Source of the DNA: Neovahlkampfia damariscottae
Lineage: Eukaryota
Direction: 5' to 3'
Assembly (NCBI GenBank): GCA_016618085.1
Contig: JABLTG010000116.1
Span: 1 to 64,000 of the forward strand
Length of the DNA: 64,000 nucleotides
The stretch's first letter is position 1, and each line of letters begins with the position of its first letter. This document shows positions 12,925-24,994 of this stretch, one piece after another. The notes under the pieces are model-generated. The model saw nothing but the letters and a program-made list of their open reading frames with translations, did not search any database and had not been told where the DNA came from. The position numbers were made by a program, and so were the translations under genes.

Positions 12925-13570
12925 TTATTTTTTTTGTACTTTTGGGATCTTTACAGTTAATATACCATGTTTAATAACAGCTGATATATGATGCTACATT
13001 TATTTAAAATTACTTTGTTGAGTCTTACTTTTTGAATATTATCTGGTAAAAGTACACTTCGTCCGAACTAAAGAAACCAATTATTAGAATATATAACTTG
13101 TTACTTTTCCATATGACCTTTCAGTTTTAATAACTTTCTCTCCTTTTGGTACAAAACTTTTAACTGTTCCAGAAATTGTAATAACGTTTTTCACAACTTC
13201 AATATTTAAATCTTCTGTTGTTACTCCAGGTGCCACTTTAAAATTAATTTTCGATAAAAAAGTTTACCTTTTTATTTCATAATTTTAATAATTTAAATAA
13301 CAAAAAACCTATATTCAAAATGTAATATTGATCATTTTCTAATGTGTCCATTGATACCTTCAAATTATATTCACCAGGTTTTGTTGATACCTCTCTTGGA
13401 GAAATTAAATCATCTTCTTCTGGTTCTGGTTCAGTGTATGTTGCTTCTTTAAATATTCTTGGTGCACTTTGAAAAAGAAAAGGATCAGACATCTTACGAG
13501 GTGTTGAGTATTGAACAGCTAAAGGTTTTGGATCCTTTTTCTTGTATAAAAGTTTTTGAAAGAGAGACAT
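12925..13570 (-). CDS. Small heat-shock protein (HSP20/alpha-crystallin)
   Basis: Spliced product: ENDQYYILNIVAPGVTTEDLNIEV...TISG...ERSYGKFGRSVLLP...HGILTVKIPK. Confidence 0.85.
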
Positions 13571-13617
13571 TTTGGTTAATTTGTGAGTTTAAAATTAAAT
13601 TATCCAATCAAAAAGAT

Positions 13618-16228
13618 TTATTGTTTTTCAAGTTGTGAATAAATTAATAATTTACCAAATTCCAATCTATTTTGTTGAAATTCATCAAATAATTCTACAC
13701 TTCTATAACCAAATTTTAAAGCATAAAGTGGAATTAAATTTTCACCTAAAATTGAATCTGATACAGTATAATTTGAATCATAAACAATAATATGAATTGA
13801 AGTTAAATCAATTGAATTAACATTAAATTTAAATGATTCTTGCCAAACTGGATGAAAACCATTATCTCCTAATTAATAATTTAAATAATTTTAAATATTA
13901 AATACTTATTGTTTTTGTTTTAAAAGATTGAATTTCTTGATCTGTTCCATCAAATAATGTAACTTTTACATAAGGATCTATTACATCACCTTTTTCTTCA
14001 TTTTTTGGACGTGGTAATTGTTCAGCACTTAATATTTTTAATGTTAAAATATGTGTTATTTTTGATAAATTTGATTTTCCTTTTTCTAATAAACATTTTG
14101 GTTTTAAAATATATCCTGTTGATCCATTTTCTTTAAATTTTAATTGATTTAATCTCAATGGTAAATCCATAGTTTGAAAGTTTAAAGCTACTAATTGACA
14201 TCCACATGAAAATCCAGGAAATGGATCATAATTTGATGAATTAATACGTGTTCCTTTTGGATATACTCTAATAAATTGTTTTTTTGTATATTCACAAAAT
14301 GAATCATAATCTTTTTTAAATAATTTAATAACTTTTCCTTCTTTTAAAGAATGCATTTGATATACTTCTTCTTTTTGATCAAATGTTTTAAATTTTCTAC
14401 CATCAAATACAGTTATATCTGATAATTCTTTAGCTAATGATTTTTTTTTTTCTTTTGTTTTAGTTATTACTTTTGCATCAACTGATTTCTTTGTTAAACT
14501 TGTTGCACTTCCAATAGTTAAATCTTCTATTTGTTTTTCTTCTTCTTCTTCTTCTTCTTCCTTTATTTCTTCATCATCATCTTCATCTTCATCATCTTCA
14601 ATTATATTATTTCCATCTTTTGGTAATCTTTTATTCTTTTGAAAATTTTAATCTTTAATCAATTACTTTTATTAAAATCTTCTTTTTTAATTCATTTGGT
14701 GAAGGGAATTCATCAAAATTACCAAACCATAACATATCTCCAAATGTATCAATCATATATTTTGCCATTACTTTTTGTTGTTCTTCACTACAATGATTTT
14801 CAATAGATAAAATTACTTAAAAAAGAATAAAAAAAAAATAAAAACTAAACCTGGATATTCTGAAACTTTAAATGCATTTTCTTTAATACAATCAATAACA
14901 TCAGTAAATTTAATTTTTGAAGTTAAAGTATGCTAAAAAATTAAATATATTAAATATCTTACACCATGAGTAATGATTGGTTCATTATTTGTGGAATCCC
15001 AACAATCAAGTTCAACACAACGACATCCCATTAATAATACCTTCTTATAAATAGCAATAGAAGATGTTCCTGTTAATTGATTTCCTTCTAAATAAGTATT
15101 ATGTGAAGATGATATCCAATATTCTGAGATTGGTCTTGACATATCTTGATACATTGATCTTACTTTTGGATTAAATGCTGAATTTTCATCACTAAATAAA
15201 AATCTTTGAAAATCTGGTTCTGTAAAACAAAAACCAGATTTAGTTTCAACTGTTTTTTGATTTTTCATTATATTTTTAGCATCTTCTAATTTAAATTCTT
15301 GTTCAAATTGTATTTTATTCATAAAATTAACAAATTCTTTTTCTTCTAATAATGAATTTGATGTACTTTTTGAATTTTGAAATAATTCTTCACATTCATC
15401 TTTTTTTAATAAATCTTTATAAAATTGACAAAATTCATGATATTCTAATGTTTTACTTTTATCTATATCATATTCCTGGATGAATCATATTAATATTATA
15501 AAAAATGATGAAAAATACTTCAAACTTTTTTTTTAAAACTTTGGATGCAACATGAATATTTAAAGAAAGTGCAAGTGCAGATATTTCTTTAAAATCTAAT
15601 TTTCCATCCATATTTTTATCTGCTTTCATCCATTGTTTCTGAATATTAATTATTCTTTCTTTTTTTACCATTATTAAACTTGACTAGTTAAATTTATTTT
15701 TTATTTTTACATTTTTAAAGGGTCCATATCACCAAGTAAATTTGATTCTCTAACAATATATGCAATACCTGAAATGAACTCTTCATATTGTGTCTTATCT
15801 TTTAAAGATATATCTATTGTTTTTTGATCTTTTAAAATTAAACTAAAACTTGAAAGTGATTCATCAGGTTTCACATTTTTTTGTTTCAAATCTTTTTGAA
15901 ATACTTCACTTTTATAACCTCTTTGAATGTCTACAATATCATCTAAACACACTATTTTTTTATAATACTATCACATATTTTTTTAATAATACCTGTCGAA
16001 GTGGATTTCTTTGCAAAAAGAGCTATAGATCCTTGTGTTGATGTCCAAGAAATATGAGTTTCGTACTCATTCAATTTGAAAGTTTCTACTTTCGGTTTAT
16101 TTTTCATTGTGCATAATTTAGCTGATATCCCCTGTTTTAATTTTTGAATGGATTTATTCACTTGAGTTGGTGTTAAACTTAAACCAATATCAGAGTGACT
16201 TTTTTCAATTCTTCTTTCTTCAGGCATG
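13618..16228 (-). CDS. Phosphoinositide phospholipase C (PH-EF-X-Y-C2)
   Basis: [31 protein letters not shown]...SSNYDP, VALNFQT and C2 DPYV motifs. Confidence 0.95.
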
Positions 16229-16426
16229 GTGAATACAATGTGATTGGGTAGGTGGTCACAGGCGAATAGAATTTTAAAAAAAAAGAAAATTGGGATTGTA
16301 TATTTTATTTCAAAATATGTGTTTATTTTATTTTTCTCCACCTTCCATTTTAAAATTGATAGATGATTGGATAACTTTTTTCCAACGAATAATTTAATTG
16401 AAGTTATCCGTTGACAACTCATTTCA

Positions 16427-17979
16427 ATGTCTGAGACTAAAATGAAAACATTTACATGGGAAGAACTTGAAAAACATAATAAAAAAGATGATGGTTAGTG
16501 GTTCTTTTTCTTTTTAACTCAATATTTGCAGCTTATCTTGGTCTTTATGGGAAAGTTTATGATGTTACAGAATGGAAAAAGACTCACCCAGGAGGAGACT
16601 ATCTTTTAGATTGGGCAGCTGGTACAGATATCACAAATTTATTTGAATCTTATCACAAACTCTCTTCAAAAAACATGTTAGGAACAGAAAAAGTACCTTG
16701 TGTTGGAGAATTAGTCACACATAAATTTCCACCATATAGTGTTGATACAGGATTCTATACAAGTAAGAGAAGATATTTTTGTTAATTTTATTAGAATTGA
16801 AACAAAATGTTGAAAAACATTTTAAAGAAAATAATATTACAAATGTACGTGACTTTTCAAAATTCACATTGTTCAATACTATTTTTATTATGGGTGGATT
16901 ATTAATTTCATATTATTTTAGTATGTATTCAAATATTTCATTTTTTCAAAAAATGATATTTGCCATTTTATCTGGATTTTTTCATCATTTATCAATGGTA
17001 CATTTATTACATGATGCGTCACATTCAGCATATTCTAAATACCCAAGTGTTTGGAGATATTTTGGAATTCTTGGTCATTTTCTTTCTGGACATTCAATTT
17101 GTAAGAATATTTTAAAAATTATATTAACCAAAATAAGATGTATGGACACATAGACATGTATTTGGACATCATATTTGGACTAATGTATGTGGTGTTGATC
17201 CTGATTTAGGGATTTATAAAGCATCACCACATAGACCAATTATGAATTATAGAGAAAGAGTAGTAGTTATTCCAACATGGTTTCAACCTTTTATGTATAT
17301 GTTTATTACAGCACAAATGAAACTTGATGATATTTATAGTTTTATGAGAGGTAGTATGGAAAATGTTAAAATGAATGATACTGGATTTATTCAAAATTTA
17401 ATATTTTGGGGTTCAAAAATTGGATACTTTACACAAAGAATATTCTTACCAATTTATTTAGGACATGGAATATTATCAACTTTATTTTTATATTCATTAG
17501 CAGAAGGTACATCAGGTACATTATTTGGTTATTTTTCACAAATTACACACATTTCTGAAACATGTGAATGGCCAATTGATAGACCAATTCCAAGAGATTG
17601 GGCTGAAATGCAAGTATTAACTGCAACAGACTATGGTCATGAATCATTTCTTTGGACTTATCTTTCTGGTTATTTAAATTATCAAGTACCACATCATTTA
17701 TTTCCTAGTATTGCACCACATTATTATCCTGAAATTTGTAAAACATAAAATATATCTATTAAATTATATTCTATAGTACCAATTATTAAACAAACATGTG
17801 AAGAATTTAAAGTTAAATATTATATTTGTGATGGTTTTATTGATTGTGTTCAACAACATTGGAATCATTTAAAACAATTTCAAAAATATCGTGTTAGAAA
17901 AGATAAAATTAAATCATCTGCTTCAATTGTTGATAAAATGGAATTATTCTTCTCCAATATTTTTGGTGGATCAAAATAA
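16427..17979 (+). CDS. Cytochrome b5-fused front-end (delta-5/6-type) fatty acid desaturase, 4 introns
   Basis: HPGG heme motif; His boxes HDASH, HVFGHH and QVPHH. Confidence 0.93.
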
Positions 17980-18046
17980 AATTTTTAAAGTCTATCATTT
18001 TATTGGTCAATTTTACCGTTAAATTTTTTTTTTACAAACTAACAAG

Positions 18047-20414
18047 ATGAACTTTTCCAAAACAAAAGATAAAAATTATCTTGAAGACAAAGGTAAATTC
18101 AAAATAACTATAAATATGATGTCTAGAAACCATTCTCACCTTTTTGAAACAGTTTACTGATACTGCAGGAAAACAAGTTTACTTGAATCTAATTGTAATA
18201 AAAATTAAAAAAATTAACAAAAGAAAAGGAAAAAATAATTAAAAGACAACAAATATTATTTCCTATAAGAATGGATGATATTTTATTACACCAACAAAAT
18301 ACTGTACTTATAAATCATATTGAAGAGAATACATTAAGATATATTTCAATATTTAGTGATGCAATAGATCAAATTATAAAAGAAAGTAATACTACATTTG
18401 AATCTGATGAAATGAATTGGGACACTATTGATTTATTAGTTGAACAACAAATGAAAAAACATAAAGAAAAAGAAATGATGATGTTTGAAGAAGGTGAAAC
18501 ATTCAAAGAAGATTTACCAGTTCCAAAGATATTACTACGTAGATAGTTAGTTTTTAACAAAAATATTAACTTATATTTTTAAAAGTGAAATACAATTTAT
18601 ACCAAGAACTAATACAAAAACAAGTCCACTTAGAATGATAAAAGCAAATTCAATTGGTAAAATGGTTTTATTAAAAGGAATAATTACAAGAGTATCTGAT
18701 GTCAAAAGTGAATTATTAGTTGCAACTTATATTTGTGATCGTTGTGGAACTGAAACTTTTCAAGAAGTTACAAATTGTAGAACATATTTACCTTTAGATA
18801 AATGTCAAAGTGAAAAATGTAAAACTGAAAAAACAGACGGAAATTTAAACCCACAAACAAGAGGTTGTAAATTTAGAAAAATGCAAGAAATAATAATTCA
18901 AGAAACTACTGAAGAAACACCACAAGGATCTATACCTAGAATGATGACTATTTATGCAAGAGGTGAATTAACAAGACTATGTTCACCTGGTGATGAGATT
19001 TGTGTTAATGGTATATTTTTACCTGCTCCAATTAGTGGAATGAAAGCATTGAAACAAGGACCTGTTTCAACTACATATTTAGAAACATTAAATATTGAAA
19101 GAGTTAAAAAAAGATATGGTGATTATTCAATGGATGATGAAGATATTGAACATATTTCTGCACAAAAGAATTTTTATTCACTTTTAGCTCATTCTATTTG
19201 TCCTGAAATATTTGGACATGATGATGTAAAGAAGGCATTATTATTAATGCTTGTTGGTGGTGTCACTAAACAAATGGGTGAAGATGGTATGAAAATTAGA
19301 GGAGATTTAAATATTTGTTTAATGGGTGATCCAGGTGTAGCTAAATCACAAGTTAAATATTTTTTATCATTTTTAAATTATTATAATAGTTATTAAGATC
19401 AGTAGCTAAATTATCACCAAGAGGTGTTTATACAACTGGTAAAGGTAGTTCTGGTGTTGGTTTAACTGCATCTGTTGTAAAAGATCCATTAACAGGTGAA
19501 TTTGTTTTAGAAGGAGGTGCTCTTGTTTTATCTGATAATGGAATTTGTTGTATTGATGAATTTGATAAAATGGAAGAAAGAGATAGAACTGCATTACATG
19601 AAGTAATGGCACAACAAAGTATTTCAATTGCAAAAGCAGGTATTGCAACTACATTAAATGCAAGAACATCCATTTTAGCTGCTGCAAATCCTCATTATGG
19701 AAGATATAATCCAAAAAAAACACCAACAGAAAATATTAATCTTCCTGTTTCTTTATTATCTCGTTTTGATTTATTATTTTTAATATTGGATAAACATAAT
19801 GAAGATAGTGATAAACAACTAGCTCAACATATTACATTCGTTCATCAAAATAAAAAGGCTCCAGAAACAACTAGATTTATTTCACTTAGTCAATTAAGAA
19901 CTTATATTTCTCATGCTAAAAGATATAATGCTTCAATACCAAAACATTTAACTGAATATATTGCAGATGCATATGTTGAAATTAGATCATCTGAAGTTGA
20001 AGATGGTAAATCATATACAACACCTCGTACTCTCTTATCTTTACTTCGTATTTCACAAGCATTGGCACGTTTAAGATTAAGTTTTGAAGTTAAAAAAAGT
20101 GATGTTGATGAAGCTATTCGTTTGATGAATTCTTCAAAAATATCTCTTGAAGATGATACATTCAAAAGGTTAGCATTTGAACAAATAATCTTTAACTTTC
20201 AATTAGATATGATCCAATCTCTGATATTTATAACATCATTCGAAACAAAGCAAAGTCTTTAAAGTCAAAAACTGTCAAAGTTAATGAAATTGAAGCTTCG
20301 GTTTTAGCAAAAGGTTTCAAAGGGAGCGACTTAGGAAAATGTTTGGACGAATATGAATCAATTAATATTTGGTCAGTAAATGAAGATAAAACTGAGATTG
20401 AATTTCTTGATTAA
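18047..20414 (+). CDS. MCM7: DNA replication licensing factor MCM7, 5 introns
   Basis: Zn finger, GDPGVAKSQ Walker A, IDEFDKM, SRFD; MCM7-type [15 protein letters not shown] and TPRTLL. Confidence 0.92.
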
Positions 20415-20590
20415 ATAAAAAATAAAATTTAAATAAAATGAATTATTTTCTAGAGCAAAAAAAAAAATAATAAAAAATAAAAAGAAGTAAAAAATAAAAA
20501 ATAAAAATAATAAAAAATAAAAAAATAAAAAAAAAAAAATAAAAAACAAAAATTGAATAACAAAAATAAAAATTAAACAAAAATAAATTG
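20415..20590. repeat. Low-complexity (AAAAAT)n-like A-rich tract
   Basis: Almost pure A with periodic T. Confidence 0.85.
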
Positions 20591-20619
20591 ATATCTTTTT
20601 TTCATTGGTCAAATTACAT

Positions 20620-20865
20620 AAATGAGATAGACGATATGATTAGCCTGATCGAATGACACCACTCTCGATATCTGAATCGCCAAGGAAAGGGTACTTATTT
20701 TTGGGTTTGGGTTTCTTCGGTTAGGTTTTTGGTACGTCAGGTTGGAAACCTATGAAAAATCTTTTTTGTATGACTACGTTAAATACGCTCAAACACTGAA
20801 ATAGAGTATTTTAGACAAATTCACTATATTCAGAATGTAAAAAAAAGAAATTACTTCCTTGTTAA
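20620..20865 (-). ncRNA. Candidate structured ncRNA, possibly telomerase RNA
   Basis: Relatively GC-rich non-coding island. Helices contain G-U pairs only when read on the minus strand. Contains AAACCCAAACCCAAA (+20700-20714). CCAAT box at ~20899-20905. Confidence 0.35.
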
Positions 20866-20960
20866 TTCGGAAGGATTAGTGGGTTTTCCAATGCTCCAAT
20901 TGGTCATTGTAACCACAATATTTTAATTTTGAAAAACAAAAATGATTCGTTTTTAGCTTC

Positions 20961-21160
20961 AGGATTTGGATTTGGTTTGAATTTGGTTTGGATTGGATTT
21001 GGAATTGGATTTGGAATTTGGTTTGGAATTTGGTTTGGAATTTGGTTTGGATTTGGTTTGGATTTGGTTTGGTTTGGATTTGGTTTGGATTTGGTTTGGA
21101 TTTGGTTTGGATTTGGTTTGGATTGGATTTGGATTTGAATAGGATTTGGGTTTGGGTTTT
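20961..21160. repeat. Degenerate telomere-like tandem array of TTTGG/TTTGGA units ending in TTTGGGTTTGGGTTT
   Basis: Directly visible 5-6 nt units; source of the spurious low-complexity ORFs in the track. Confidence 0.9.
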
Positions 21161-21200
21161 TAACAATTGAACAGTCACCAGTAATAGGGTATATATAACT

Positions 21201-22757
21201 TTATTCGACTTCCAATGACAGTTGAAACAATTTAATCTCATTCAAATAATACGAGCTGTGTGTTGTTTCGAACTCGACTTTTGCAAGGTTTAAATATTTG
21301 GCTGTGTTGATCTTTTCATCTTGGATTTTGCTCATTAAAAGAAACATTTTACCTTTGTCTTGTGACATTCCATTTTGAAGTAAAAATTGAATTGGTAAGC
21401 AATATTTGACTTCATTTTCCAAAATAAAATTTAATTCTATTTTGAATAAAATGAACCTGTAATAAAACAATTCAAATTTGTTTTGTGATTCTTTCAATCC
21501 AAATTCAATATAACTCAATGCAGAAGTTGGGTTGGATTTTATTAATATTTCAATCATCAATAATAATGATTCTAATTTTTTAATGAGGTGAACTTCATTT
21601 TGAAATAAAGTTTTTGCCAAATAAAAGGACTTTTCAATTTCATTCTTTTGAAAAAATAAATATTTTGATTCATTTAAGTAATTATTTTTCATTTGTAGTT
21701 GATTCATTTTATTAGAGTGGTGGTAATTTTTATTATCAACTTTTCCTTCCTGCAAATTAAAATCTAATAATTTTGATTTGAAAAATGAATTATTTTTTAA
21801 AAATATTGATTGTTGATTGAATTGAATCAATAATTTATTACCTTTTCTCTCATTTAATGTTAGTGATTTTAATTTATTTTCTTCTTGTTGCTTTGAAAAT
21901 AAATATGAATTATATTCTTCTTCTTCTTCATCACTTCATTTTTAATAATATCAAATATTTGTTTACTTAGTATTTTTACTATTAAATATTTTAATTATAA
22001 TTAATTTCCTAACTTTAAAATTGAAATTAAAGTTGCATCATTTTTTTGATAAGAAATATTCAATGATTCTTTTTTTGATTGTTTATAAAATTCATCATTA
22101 TCATATTTAAAATATAATTCAGGTAAATTTAATAAATATTCATTACTCTTTTCAATTTCATTTCTTTCAAAAATATATTTCTTTTCTATTTCAAAATCAA
22201 AATGATCATTTTTATCTTTTCTTTTTTCTACTCTTCTTATTTCTTTCCATTTATTTAATTTTAAAAAGAGATTGGAAACTAAATCTAAATGGTTTTACAT
22301 TTAAAAAAAATAAAAAAAAAAACCAAATATTAATCTTTTCTTAGTTTACATTCTTCAAACATTAATTCATGAATATTAAGCAATAAATTTCTCATAAATA
22401 ATCCTAATATACTCGTTTTTTCCTTTCTTTTAATTTAAGTCCATAGTCTTACAATATTCTCCATATTTGAAAATAGCGAAAATAAATTATATAATTCATC
22501 AATAGAATCTTCAACGTAATATTCAAAATATACATTAAATTTTTCGTAAATCATAGGTATATTCAATACATTTTTAAAGTACTGTTCTAATTCATTATAA
22601 AATACTTCTTTTTTTTTGAGACACTAAAGTACAATTAAATCGTATTTTTATATTTTACAATATCGACAAGATATAATGCTAGTTCATCTATGTTCGGATA
22701 ATCTTCGTCATAAATCTTGATTAAAATACCAATAACAACATCATCAACTTTCGTCAT
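21201..22757 (-). CDS. Anaphase-promoting complex subunit 5-like protein (TPR-like), several introns
   Basis: N-terminal TSILGLFMRNLLLNIHELMFE resembles the APC5 motif; C-terminus is helical-repeat-like. Confidence 0.5.
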
Positions 22758-22917
22758 CTCTTCTTGTTGTAATTGGTCAAAATGGAAAAAATTAATTGAA
22801 TGCTTTTTATTAAGTTTTTTTTATATATTTATTTTAAAAAATCGAAAATAAAAAAAAGTAAAATAAATATCAATTGATTGAGCCAATCAAATCCAACAAA
22901 AAAAGTGAATTGGTTCA

Positions 22918-24985
22918 ATGGAAAACAAAAACGTGCACCTTGATGAAAAGAAATCTGATTTTAAAGACAATCCATTTTTTAAAAAGAATATGACTATTGG
23001 AAAGAAAATGATTTTAAAGTCACTTGGAAAAGTTGATCCAACTGATCACCCAGAAGGTATTGAAAATCCAATATTATTTAACTCTTATAAAAAAGGTTAT
23101 CCAACAATTAATCATGGATTTCAAGATTTACATGATCATTATAAAGAAATGTTACAAAATAATAAAAAACTAGTCAAAACACAAGGACAAGTAATGGCAG
23201 ATGAAACTACTTTTGCAGAAGGATTAATTCATTATTCACAAAAGATTAAAGCTATTGATAAAGATATAACTAAAGTAACTAATCCATATTTAAAGTGTGA
23301 AATGGAGTTTCCTGAAACTTTAAAAGTATGTGGAAGTACAATGATGTATTTTAGTGAATTATTTACAATGTTTCAACATAAACATCAAGATTTTTATGAT
23401 AAAGTATTTGAATTAAATCAAGATACAGAAACATTATTAAACTTAAAATCAGAATATAAAGTTGCTAAATTAGAACATGATACCATTTTAACAAAATTAA
23501 ATACAATAAAGAAACAACATAAAACAAATGATTTACGTTTACCTACTTTAACAAGAGAATATGAAGAAGCAAAAGATTATATGAATGATATATTTTTAGA
23601 TTTATGTGATGAATATGAATTTACAAGAAGAAGAAGAGATATTGATTATTCATCTCATTTAAAAGATTTATTAAATGAATATCATGATTTTTTTAAAACT
23701 GGTTTAAAAGTATTAGAAAGTGTACAAGAAAAAGTTGAAACAAAAAATTTACCAAAATTTGAAAGAAAAAAATATTTAGAAAAAGAACAAAAAATGAATA
23801 AAAAAATATATGGTATTGATATTGATGTAATTGCAGAAAGAGAAGATCGAAGAACACCAGAAATATTTGAATATTTAATTAATTATTTAAAAAATAATGC
23901 ATTAAATGTTGAAGGTATTTTTAGAATATCAGGTGAACAACCAGAAAGTATTTCTTTTTATTTTTTTTAAAACTATTAAAAGTTGATAAAATTAAAAGAA
24001 GTAAGATAAAATATGATATTAATTTTGTGATAAAAATATAGTTATAAATGAAGGTACAATACCATCAGACCAAGAATTAAACAAAGATATTCATGTTACA
24101 TCAGGTTGTTTAAAATTATATTTAAGATCTTTACCAATACCATTATTAACTTATAATGCTTATGATATATTTTTATCAATTGCAGATGTTGAAGATGAAA
24201 ATTTAAAATTAGAAAAATTATCAACCATTATTTTATCTTTATCACCAATTAAAATATATTCTTTGGGTATTTTATTAGATTTATTATTTGAAATTCAATT
24301 AAATTCAGATAAAAATAAAATGAATATTAAAAATTTAGCGATAGTTTTTGGTTTGAATTTAATTTGATTTCTAACTAAATTAGGAAATAATATTTTAAAG
24401 TCACCTTATTCTGATCAATCAAAATTAATGAAAGATCAAACTAAAATTACAAGTTTAACAGAATCATTAATACTTTTATATCCAAAATTAAAACAAGTTT
24501 TATTTGAAGGAAGAGCGATTGTATCTTCATTACCACCTCCAATTCAAACTGAAAAACCAAAGAAAATGATTATTCAAGTACCATCATCTCCATCATCAAA
24601 TACTTCATCAATTCAAGAAACTCAAAAAATATCATCTTCAGTCAAAAGAGTAAAACCATTACCAACGTTACCTCCAAAAGGTGTATCTGTTACACCTCAA
24701 AAAATACCAACAAAACCAAAGAGTCCAAAATTGACACCAAGAGATATTGATACTCCTGTGCAAGAAGACGATGATACAAACGAAAACAATGAAGAATTGT
24801 GGACAATTTATGTTGATGATACTGAAGTTGATATGACTATACCTCAAATTCAAAAGAGATTACCTCCTGGTTGGGTTGTTTATCCAACTGACGAAGAAGA
24901 TGATGTTTATTATTATGAAGAAGAAACACAAGAATCACATTGGGAAGTTCCTGATGATTTTGATAGATCTGGATTATTTTCTTAA
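22918..24985 (+). CDS. BAR-like coiled-coil + RhoGAP + Pro-rich + WW domain protein
   Basis: EGIFRISG, LKLYLRSLPIPLL and NKMNIKNLAIVFG motifs; C-terminal LPPGW...YYY...SHWEVP. Confidence 0.88.
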
Positions 24986-24994
24986 AATAAATTT

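Noticed and set aside
20630..20681. Plus-strand box C/D snoRNA reading (ATGATTA..CTGA..ATGACA..CTGA)
   Set aside because: The boxes are imperfect and crowded, I recognised no rRNA target, and the flanking stems need A-C mismatches on the plus strand but G-U pairs on the minus strand. Disfavoured, not excluded.
20737..20755. SRP RNA helix-8-like CAGGTTGGAAAC
   Set aside because: Lacks the downstream AGCAG of the SRP54-binding loop.
20876..21241. ORFs rich in GFG/WIW/PNQIQ
   Set aside because: Translation artefacts of the TTTGG(A) repeat.
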